A stretch of 64,000 nt of DNA, from NCBI GenBank assembly GCA_018714685.1, contig DVNC01000028.1, positions 43,459 through 107,458 on the forward strand. The letters run 5' to 3'. Source of the DNA: Candidatus Scatocola faecipullorum (GTDB lineage Bacteria > Pseudomonadota > Alphaproteobacteria > RF32 > CAG-239). The notes under the pieces were generated by a model. That model made no database searches, had not been told where the DNA came from, and worked only from the letters and a program-made list of their open reading frames with translations. Made by a program: the position numbers and the translations under genes. Positions 56,535-64,000 of the stretch are shown here, piece after piece (position 1 is the first letter of the stretch; every line of letters starts with the position of its first letter).

Positions 56535-56551
56535 ATGGAGTAAAAAAGAAA

Positions 56552-58069
56552 ATGGTTGAAACGCGTTTTGATAAAATCGTTGTCCGTTCCAAACTGCCGA
56601 CACCGTTTGCCAGTGCCGAGGCTTTCGGCGCCGGCGCAGGCAGAGCTTTGCAGCGCACCGGTGCCGTTATGGCAAACGTGGCAGACAAGGCTTTGGTCGA
56701 AATTGACCGGCAGAAGCAGAAAGACGCCGTCAACAAGGGTATGCAGTTTGAAAACTCTTTTGATAAACTGCGGCGCGAAAAGGTAAACAGCGATTATCTG
56801 ACGCGCAAAGGGCAGGCGGCGCTCGGTACGACGGCAGCATGGGAGAAAGACGCGGAAGAATGGTATAATCAGCAAAAAGAGCTGGTTACCAACGATTATG
56901 ACCAGAAAATTTTAGATGAAATCTACCGCCGCCGCAACGGAGCCACGCTCGACACGCTGACCCGATTCGAAGCGCAGGAAAAAGAGCGCTATTATGAAGA
57001 AAACACTGCCAACCGTTTGAAGTCGGCGCTGGACGATGCTCTGGCAAATTATAAGGATGACAGACTGGTAGCGCAGGCCTACAACTCCGGGCTTGCCGCC
57101 TTGCGCGTCAACTATGCCGACCGGCCGGATTTGCTGTCGGCCAAAGAAAAGGCATATAAAAGCGATTTTTACAAAACGCAGACCTTACGCAGGGCTGACG
57201 ATGATGCCAATGCGGCGGCCGCTTATTATCAACAGCATAAAGCGCAAATTGCTGGCAGCGAACATCAGGCGATTGAGAAACTGATAGAAAAGAGCAAACA
57301 ATTTCAGGCCGAGTTGCCTTCTAAGATGCTGGAAAAGCAGGTTAAGGCGGCGGATATGCAGGTAAAAATCAGCCAATATGAAAATCAGCGGGATTTTGAT
57401 AAAGAGACTGCCGGAATGGATGACAGTGGCAAACTTCGGTATTTGCGGAAAAATGAAGGGCAATATTCCGGCGACTGGTTCAAAGCTAAGCAGAAAGCCC
57501 TGCTGTCGGCTAAGGGAATCACCGCCGAGACCCGGGCGGAAACGGCGCAGGAAATTCTGCTGGATATTACAATGCTGGATAAAAACAACGAAGTTGATTA
57601 TTTGAACGGCGCGCAAAAGGTTCTGACAAAAATTGAAAATGAATATGCCGAAGGCCGGTTGTCGCCGACAGACCGCAAGACCTTAACCGCGCAGGTTTAC
57701 AGGGAACAAAGCAAACAGGTCGATTATCTGAAAACAAACGAAGATGATGCCGTCTGGTGGCGTTTGGGCGATTTTACCTATAAGGACGCAAACGAATATA
57801 TTGAAGAAAATTCATCATCACCCGGAAATAATAGCAAACTTTTGCTTGATTATTTCCGCAAGATTAATGACGGCGGAAAATACGACAATAAGCAAAAGCG
57901 GGTCATTTTAAGCAATATTGTCAATAAACAAAAGCAAGCCGACCTGTTGGCGGCCGTAAACGGAAATTCGGCTGAGAGAATGAAAATGCCGGAAATCGGA
58001 ACGGTAGTCAGCGGCTATCGCTATAAAGGCGGCAATGTGAATGATCGGAAATCTTGGGAGAAAATCTAA
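56552..58069 (+). CDS. internal virion/core protein (gp15-position)
   Basis: 505 aa from ATG 56552, placed after the terminator hairpin with GGAG upstream. It is long, helical and Lys/Glu/Gln-rich. Confidence 0.5.
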   Translation: MVETRFDKIVVRSKLPTPFASAEAFGAGAGRALQRTGAVMANVADKALVEIDRQKQKDAVNKGMQFENSFDKLRREKVNSDYLTRKGQAALGTTAAWEKDAEEWYNQQKELVTNDYDQKILDEIYRRRNGATLDTLTRFEAQEKERYYEENTANRLKSALDDALANYKDDRLVAQAYNSGLAALRVNYADRPDLLSAKEKAYKSDFYKTQTLRRADDDANAAAAYYQQHKAQIAGSEHQAIEKLIEKSKQFQAELPSKMLEKQVKAADMQVKISQYENQRDFDKETAGMDDSGKLRYLRKNEGQYSGDWFKAKQKALLSAKGITAETRAETAQEILLDITMLDKNNEVDYLNGAQKVLTKIENEYAEGRLSPTDRKTLTAQVYREQSKQVDYLKTNEDDAVWWRLGDFTYKDANEYIEENSSSPGNNSKLLLDYFRKINDGGKYDNKQKRVILSNIVNKQKQADLLAAVNGNSAERMKMPEIGTVVSGYRYKGGNVNDRKSWEKI

Positions 58070-61000
58070 TGAAACCTTGGGAAATGAATTGGGAACAAGG
58101 CAATACGGCGATTGAGCCTGCTTCGGCAACCCCGGCAGAGCCGTGGAATAATAATTGGCAACAGGCGGAAAACCCCGAAATTGATGTTAATGCCTATAAC
58201 GGAACGTCTTTGATTGGCGAACCCGGCGAAGATGCAAAACCTTTTGAGAAAATGAGCTTGTTTATGAAAAAGCTTTTTACCTTTGAGGTACGCGATGCAG
58301 CAGAAAACCGAAAAAACAATCCGAGGATTCAGACATTGGAGAAACTGCGGCGCGAAGGCTTTGATGATGTGAAATGGGGCGAGGTCGGAAAATCGGCCGT
58401 ACGCGGTTTTTTTGAAGTAGGTAAAGGTGTCACGGCAAGCCCGCTTAAAATATATGGCGACTGGGCCATGGATAACCGGGACACCAGCCTGATGACGCCG
58501 CGGGAAAAAGCAGAAGTTAAAAGAAACAACTTTCATGCTTCGTTATATAAACGCCTTGGCGAAGGTATCGAAAAACTGTGGAATTTGGGGCTGAATGCCG
58601 AATGGCTTAAACAGGATGAGGAAATTTTTGAAGGTTCCTTTGTTGAAAATCCGTCAATGACGCGTGCTCTGTCTCTGGGGGCTTCGGCAGCTCCGTCCAT
58701 CGGCTGGCTCGGCGGTCTTGCCAAATTGACCGGTTCCACGACTTTGGCAAGCGTTATGCTGGCCGGAGCCGATGCCGACGACATTTATTTTGAGGCAAGA
58801 GAGGCCGGAGCAAGCCAGAATAAAGCGCTGAGTTTGTTTGCCGCCGGGACAGCAGGAACGGCAGCGTTTGACAAATACGGATTTGAACGGATGTTCAGCC
58901 AAAAAGTGACGGCTCCGTTGGCTAAAAGAGTGGTTAATTCAATGTTGTCCGAAGGGGTAACGGAAGGGACGCAGACCCTCTGGCAGAATATGGTTAAAAA
59001 ATACGGTTATGACGATTCTCAAGAGCTTTGGGAAGCTGTTATAGAATCCGTCATCGGCGGCGCTTTGAGCGGTGGAGCCGTTTCGGCTGCCAATGCGGGA
59101 TATATTCGTTTGCAGGATGTCCGAGGGCGTTTGAAAGAAAAGGGTATGACTGATAATGGTTTGGATCAGGTGCAGGAAACGCTGGTTCAGGAAATGGGTT
59201 TCCATCGGGAGGGATTGGAACCATTATTTCAGACCCGTATAGAACAGTCGCTTAACAAACTGGATGACTTTGTCAAACAAAGCGAAGAAACGGCAGATGC
59301 CAAGAAAACGCAGCAGATTAAAGCCGATTTGGACGAAGTTTATAATAAAGTATTCGAGCGGATTAAAACAAGCGATACCGACAAAGTTGCCGCCGCGCAG
59401 GCCAAAGTTGTTCAGGGGGTCGCCTTATGGGGAAGCCAAGAGCTTGGAATCTCTCCGCTGGAGTATTTTGAACAGCGTTTTCCGCGGATTGAAAGAGTGG
59501 CATATCGGGACTTCGCCCGACGTCTTAACGAAGCAAAACGCGCCGGAGAGGTTGCCGAAATCAATTTATATGAGGCTTTGAAAAATCCGGCACATCTGAA
59601 AGGGCAGAAAGTCAAAGACACTCGTCAAAGCCTGACGCAGTTTTTGAAGCAAAACGGCGGATTAAAAGATTTTGGCGGCGAATTAAAGGCTATGGATGCT
59701 GACAAGCAGGTTATCGGATTAATCAATAATAAAAACGGTCGAAATCTTGACGATATGGCGCTGGCCGCGTGGGAAGCCGGATATTTTCCGCAAAACAGCG
59801 AACGTCCGACGGTTAATGATTTGCTGGACGCTATCGGCGAAGAATTGGGCGGCCGCAAACGGTATAATGAAGAGGCGCCGTACAGTCTGGAAGATGAAGT
59901 CAACCAACTGGCCGAAGATTTGGACCGCATAAATATTGACTGGCGTAATATGGAAGCCCCGGAAATTGAAATGGCTGTCGATGCCTATATGGAACGGCAG
60001 CGCGCCTATAATGAGGAAATGGGACAGGAAGATATCGGCAGCGATGAGTTGCCTTGGTTTCAGCTTCCGGTTCAGGCTTATAACAAACAAGGTAAGGCAG
60101 ATGTTAATTCAGAGGCCTTTAAGCGGTGGTTTGGCGACAGCAAGGTCGTGGATGAAAGCGGTCAGCCGCTTAAAATGGTTCATTTTTCTGGCAATGAATT
60201 TTCTCAATTTGATAAGAACCGGACAGGAATAAATAATGATGAATCCGCGGTGGGTTTTTGGTTTGCTGACAAGGACGATTTTGCCTTTAATAATGAATAC
60301 CACCCTGTAAGGTATGATGTTTATCTTAAAATGGATAATCCTCTTATTATTGAGGGAAAAGGCACAGAAACTAATCCTTGGGCTGATACTGATATTGATA
60401 ATCTTGACCCGTATACAAAATTTGAAAAAATGTTTAATGACCTTATGTATCAAGACCCTCAAATGTGGGATGAAAGAGTAAGCGAATCATTATATGGCGG
60501 CTTTGAAACACAAAAGATTAAACTGCATTTTGCAAACCTTTCGGAGGAAAGAAAAAGAGAAGTCATAAAAAGCATTGTCGATAAATTGAAAACTCAGGGG
60601 CATGATGGCATTATTATAAAAAATACCCAATTTGATTCTGTTAATCCTGATGAAAAAATAAATCAATACGTAGTTTTTGAGCCCAACCAGATAAAGTCCG
60701 TCTATAACCGCGGGACATTTGACCCGAACAATGACAATATTTATTATCAGGCCGAGAAAGTGGCTTTTTCGCCATCAAATCAGGATAAAAGAACTTATAT
60801 TGAGGATTTGCGCGCAGTTGAGCGCGGCGAAGACAGCAGAATACGAGTTGGCGAATTGCCGGTTGTATATCAGGAATTAGGCTTGTCGAAAGGTTTGGTG
60901 CGGACAAATAAAGACGTTATTTTAAAAGACAGCATCAAAAAACATTCTGTGCCGCAGAGTGTTGTTGAAAATCTGCCGGATTTGTTTGCCGATCCGTTGA

Positions 61001-64000
61001 TGGTTATGGATTCAAGAACTGTTGACGGCCGATTATTGGCTGTTGTTGATGCAGTAGACAGTAACGGACAGCAGATTGTTGTTGCAATCGCTCCCAATAC
61101 AAAGGGCGAAAAGGGTTACCATTTTATTCCCAGCTTTTATGGAAAGAATAAATTAAGCGAATTTATTGAAACAAATATAAGAGAAGGGAATTTAAAATAC
61201 TTGAAGAGTTCCCAGGCGCTGGACTCGCTCCAATTGCGGCCGCAAGCGAAAACCCTGCTGAACTCTTTAGATAATAATATACTGCAAAAGTCTGATATTG
61301 TCAAGACGATGTATCAAGATCAGACTTTGTATCGCGACCCTAAAGGTGCGTTTAGTCAACGAATAGACCGCCGGGCCGTCATTTCGCTGTTTGAACGGGC
61401 GGATGCCTCGACTTTTATGCACGAAACCGCACATTTCTTTTTTGAAGAATTAAAGGCTTTTGCGCCAACCAGCGAAAAATCTGCCCAAATGCTGAAAACA
61501 GTCAACGATTGGCTGGGCAGCGACGGTGCAAGCTATACCGTTGAACAGACGGAGCAGTTTGCCCGCGGCTTTGAACAGTATCTGCGCGAAGGCAAAGCGC
61601 CGAGCAGCTATCTGAAGCGGGTGTTTGACGCATTTATGAACTGGATGCGGAATCTGTACAAGACGGCAAAAGAGCTTAATGTCAAGCTGAACGACGAAGT
61701 TCGCGGTGTTTACGGCGAGATTTTGGGCGGTGCGGATCTGGACAGATACATGGATGCGCCGGTTGCCGAAGTCTTGGGTCAGACAAAAAGATATTGGAAA
61801 GCCAAGCGCGAGGCGATGGACGATATTTATAAACAGAATGTTGATGCCAAAAAAGCTTCGGCGCGGTTGTTTAAGCGCGGGCGGGAAACGATGCAGAATG
61901 TTTATACCGATATGCGTAACTATTTGTCTGACGCCATTGTGCCGCTGGAAGAGGAAATCAAACAGATTTCGCCGGAATTGTATAATATGAACCGCCGTCT
62001 TGAAATTGATAAGCTGCAGAAAACAAGCGCGTATTATAAGCGGGTAAAAGGGTTTGTTGACGGTATGCAGAAAATGGATGCGCCGGATTTTTACACTTTT
62101 GACCTGGCTTTGAAAAACCGTGATGTTGACACGGTGCAGCGCCTGCTGGAAAAATATGCCCTGACGGACGGGTTTGCGGAAGTCAGAAACATTTTGGACG
62201 ATTTGCGCGAGCAAATGATTGACGTCGGGGTAGATGTGGCCTATATGCCGGATTATTTTCCGCGTAAAATTAAGGATGCCGACGGTCTGCTTGATTATGT
62301 GGAACAGGAATTCGGCGGCCGGCCGGAATATTCCATTATTCAGAAAATGATTGAGGAAAAGCGCAAAGACGGCAGAATCAGAACCAAAGAAGACGAAGCG
62401 CAGATTGTCAATTCATTAATAAGAGGCTATGCCGGCGGCATAAGCATTGCCAAAATCGGCAACGTCAAAGAGCGTTCAATTGATGTCGTCGATCAGTATA
62501 TGAACCGCTTTTATAAGGTGTCAACGGATGCGTTAACCGATTATATTTCGGGCGCGGTGCAGATGATTGAGAATAAAAAGTATTTTGGCCGGGAAACCAA
62601 AGAACTGCAAAATCTGCGCAAAATGGTGGCAAACAGGGAAACGACAATCGCGGATTATAAAGCGATGGAGCCGAAAGAAGCCAAGTGGAAGGAGATCAAG
62701 GCCAGAAACTACAAAATCGGAGCGGTGGAGGCGCAAATCAGAAATACATATGATAAAGACGTTAAAGCCGAATTGCAGGACCGCAAAACCAAGCTTGAAG
62801 CCGAAGTTGAGTTTTTACGCAACCGGCGGGCCGAACAGGTCAAAGAAATTGCTATTAACCGCATGGAAGTTGAACTGGCGCAGGTTAAAAAAGAAGTTGA
62901 TGACTTGGCGGACAGTAAAATTGAAAATTCGGTCGGTAATCTGCTTCTGGAAATGGCCGAACAGGGAAAAATCAGCCATACGCAGGAATTGCGGCTGAAA
63001 GAACTGCTGTTGGCGCGTTTTTCCAATCAGGGATTGGGCAACGAGTTTTTGCGGCTGTTGCGCGACGGCGGCTATATTTGGACGCTGGGAAACTTTGAAA
63101 GCGCAATCACGCAGTTTGGCGACCTTGGAACCTCTGCTTACAAAAACGGTTTGTGGAACACGGCTTTTGAATATGTGAAGGCTTGGCAGGGAAAGTCTGA
63201 AATTACGATTAACGATTTGGGGCTTGAAAAAATTATCCAAGATGGAGGTTATGCAGATACAAGCGCATGGTCTAAGGCTTTGGATAAAGTGCTGAAATAT
63301 ACCGGCTTTGAAAAAATGGACAAGATTGCCAAACAAACGCTGGTTAATTCGGCAGTTCGAAAGGCCCGAGCAGATGCAAAGGCGGAGAGTCCGGAGCTGG
63401 AAGCCTATCTGCGGCATGAATTTGGCGAAAAGTGGGTTGATGTTAAAGAAGATTTGAAAACAGGCGCCGTAACTGACGAGATTATGGAGTATGCAATGTT
63501 TCAGCTTCTGGACGTTCAGCCGATTACAATCGACCAGATGCCGCGATATTATGCCGAGGGCGGCAAAAAAAGGCTGTTCTACATGATGAAGTCTTATTTT
63601 ATCAAGCAGCTCAACGAATATCGCAAGATTTGTTTTGAAACGGCAAAATCTAATCCGCGCAAGGCGGTGGTCGATATGACCCGATTGACGGTTTATCTGA
63701 TGCTGTTTAATGCCGGGGCGGATGTGTTGAAAGATTTATTGTTCGGCCGTCCCGTTAATGTGCCGGATTCGTTGGTGGATAATATTTTTATCGGCGGGTC
63801 AATCAATCGTTATCAGGCCATGAGCGTTAAGCGTGAGGGATTATTTAAAACTCTGCAAAAGCAGTTGCTTTTCCCGGTTATGCTGGACGAGCTGGTTGTC
63901 GATATTCTGAGCGATAAAGAGGTTAAAAACTGGGAAACATGGAAAAATGTGCCTTGGGCAGGCCGACCATGGTATTGGTGGATCGGCGGCGGGCATTTGA
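58069..64000 (+). CDS. giant polyvalent internal virion protein (3' end beyond the window)
   Basis: The frame starting at ATG 58069 (overlapping the upstream TAA) has no stop through nt 64000, which is 1,977 codons. It is absent from the ORF track because it has no stop. It contains an ART-PolyVal-like block (60109..60750), a MuF_C-like block (60853..61150) and HETAH (61420..61434). Confidence 0.75.
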   Translation, partial: MKPWEMNWEQGNTAIEPASATPAEPWNNNWQQAENPEIDVNAYNGTSLIGEPGEDAKPFEKMSLFMKKLFTFEVRDAAENRKNNPRIQTLEKLRREGFDDVKWGEVGKSAVRGFFEVGKGVTASPLKIYGDWAMDNRDTSLMTPREKAEVKRNNFHASLYKRLGEGIEKLWNLGLNAEWLKQDEEIFEGSFVENPSMTRALSLGASAAPSIGWLGGLAKLTGSTTLASVMLAGADADDIYFEAREAGASQNKALSLFAAGTAGTAAFDKYGFERMFSQKVTAPLAKRVVNSMLSEGVTEGTQTLWQNMVKKYGYDDSQELWEAVIESVIGGALSGGAVSAANAGYIRLQDVRGRLKEKGMTDNGLDQVQETLVQEMGFHREGLEPLFQTRIEQSLNKLDDFVKQSEETADAKKTQQIKADLDEVYNKVFERIKTSDTDKVAAAQAKVVQGVALWGSQELGISPLEYFEQRFPRIERVAYRDFARRLNEAKRAGEVAEINLYEALKNPAHLKGQKVKDTRQSLTQFLKQNGGLKDFGGELKAMDADKQVIGLINNKNGRNLDDMALAAWEAGYFPQNSERPTVNDLLDAIGEELGGRKRYNEEAPYSLEDEVNQLAEDLDRINIDWRNMEAPEIEMAVDAYMERQRAYNEEMGQEDIGSDELPWFQLPVQAYNKQGKADVNSEAFKRWFGDSKVVDESGQPLKMVHFSGNEFSQFDKNRTGINNDESAVGFWFADKDDFAFNNEYHPVRYDVYLKMDNPLIIEGKGTETNPWADTDIDNLDPYTKFEKMFNDLMYQDPQMWDERVSESLYGGFETQKIKLHFANLSEERKREVIKSIVDKLKTQGHDGIIIKNTQFDSVNPDEKINQYVVFEPNQIKSVYNRGTFDPNNDNIYYQAEKVAFSPSNQDKRTYIEDLRAVERGEDSRIRVGELPVVYQELGLSKGLVRTNKDVILKDSIKKHSVPQSVVENLPDLFADPLMVMDSRTVDGRLLAVVDAVDSNGQQIVVAIAPNTKGEKGYHFIPSFYGKNKLSEFIETNIREGNLKYLKSSQALDSLQLRPQAKTLLNSLDNNILQKSDIVKTMYQDQTLYRDPKGAFSQRIDRRAVISLFERADASTFMHETAHFFFEELKAFAPTSEKSAQMLKTVNDWLGSDGASYTVEQTEQFARGFEQYLREGKAPSSYLKRVFDAFMNWMRNLYKTAKELNVKLNDEVRGVYGEILGGADLDRYMDAPVAEVLGQTKRYWKAKREAMDDIYKQNVDAKKASARLFKRGRETMQNVYTDMRNYLSDAIVPLEEEIKQISPELYNMNRRLEIDKLQKTSAYYKRVKGFVDGMQKMDAPDFYTFDLALKNRDVDTVQRLLEKYALTDGFAEVRNILDDLREQMIDVGVDVAYMPDYFPRKIKDADGLLDYVEQEFGGRPEYSIIQKMIEEKRKDGRIRTKEDEAQIVNSLIRGYAGGISIAKIGNVKERSIDVVDQYMNRFYKVSTDALTDYISGAVQMIENKKYFGRETKELQNLRKMVANRETTIADYKAMEPKEAKWKEIKARNYKIGAVEAQIRNTYDKDVKAELQDRKTKLEAEVEFLRNRRAEQVKEIAINRMEVELAQVKKEVDDLADSKIENSVGNLLLEMAEQGKISHTQELRLKELLLARFSNQGLGNEFLRLLRDGGYIWTLGNFESAITQFGDLGTSAYKNGLWNTAFEYVKAWQGKSEITINDLGLEKIIQDGGYADTSAWSKALDKVLKYTGFEKMDKIAKQTLVNSAVRKARADAKAESPELEAYLRHEFGEKWVDVKEDLKTGAVTDEIMEYAMFQLLDVQPITIDQMPRYYAEGGKKRLFYMMKSYFIKQLNEYRKICFETAKSNPRKAVVDMTRLTVYLMLFNAGADVLKDLLFGRPVNVPDSLVDNIFIGGSINRYQAMSVKREGLFKTLQKQLLFPVMLDELVVDILSDKEVKNWETWKNVPWAGRPWYWWIGGGHL

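Larger units (their letters stand above)
29532..64000. mobile_element. integrated temperate podovirus-like prophage (left end at the tRNA-Leu fragment; right end beyond the window)
   Basis: The region carries an integrase next to the att fragment, a cI/Cro switch, three methyltransferases, terminase, portal, capsid and internal virion genes. The last ORF is still open at nt 64000. Confidence 0.9.

Noticed and set aside
61450-63417. Minus-strand ORFs 61450..62214 and 62815..63417, and plus-strand ORF 62567..62998
   Set aside because: All are nested within the uninterrupted giant ORF that starts at 58069. That ORF carries recognisable domain motifs and continues the late operon.
1-64000. Search for CRISPR arrays, rRNA genes, IS elements/transposases and a diversity-generating retroelement
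   Set aside because: I saw no regularly spaced direct repeats, no rRNA-like sequence, no transposase-like ORF or terminal inverted repeats, and no reverse transcriptase. BPP-1-type phages can carry a DGR near the tail fibre, but that region lies beyond the window.

Overview
The window has two parts. (1) nt 1 to ~29,500 is a chromosomal housekeeping block from a Gram-negative, proteobacterium-like and apparently anaerobe-capable genome. It carries an isochorismatase-family gene, a cupin, ptsP, rodZ-ispG-hisS-prfA, dnaE, two paralogous membrane proteins, a DUF2207-like protein, a GlmU N-terminal-only uridylyltransferase, pepF, a VirB8-like protein, a TolC-like/cadherin-like lipoprotein, nrdD/nrdG, a CoaD-HD fusion, a degenerate GATase-like protein, a flavin-reductase-like protein and a zeta-toxin-like kinase. 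(2) From a 3'-half tRNA-Leu(UAA) fragment at 29,532 to the window edge lies the left ~34.5 kb of an integrated temperate phage. Its right end is beyond the window. The phage has a tyrosine integrase, three DNA methyltransferases, a lambda-style cI/Cro switch with shared operators, an internal tRNA(CAT), and a T7/BPP-1-like podoviral late module. That module runs TerS, TerL, portal, scaffold, capsid, cement-like protein, tubular-protein-like genes, internal virion proteins, then a giant polyvalent protein of >1,977 aa that is still open at nt 64,000. The most interesting signals are two visibly AT-rich cargo insertions in the prophage. The first sits in the slot lambda uses for rexAB, co-oriented with cI. 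It is a 403-aa proteasome-beta/HslV-like Ntn (Thr1) hydrolase homologue with a large insertion, followed by a 56-aa acidic peptide and its own terminator. I know of no described system of this composition. The second is an AbiD/AbiF (Abi_2) gene with its own promoter, structured leader and terminator, plus a small membrane protein, wedged into the internal-virion-protein cluster. Host-side oddities include an anaerobic RNR whose glycyl-radical loop is encoded on a separate 68-aa ORF. No CRISPR array, rRNA gene or IS element was seen. All calls come from reading the sequence and ORF translations by eye. No searches were run.
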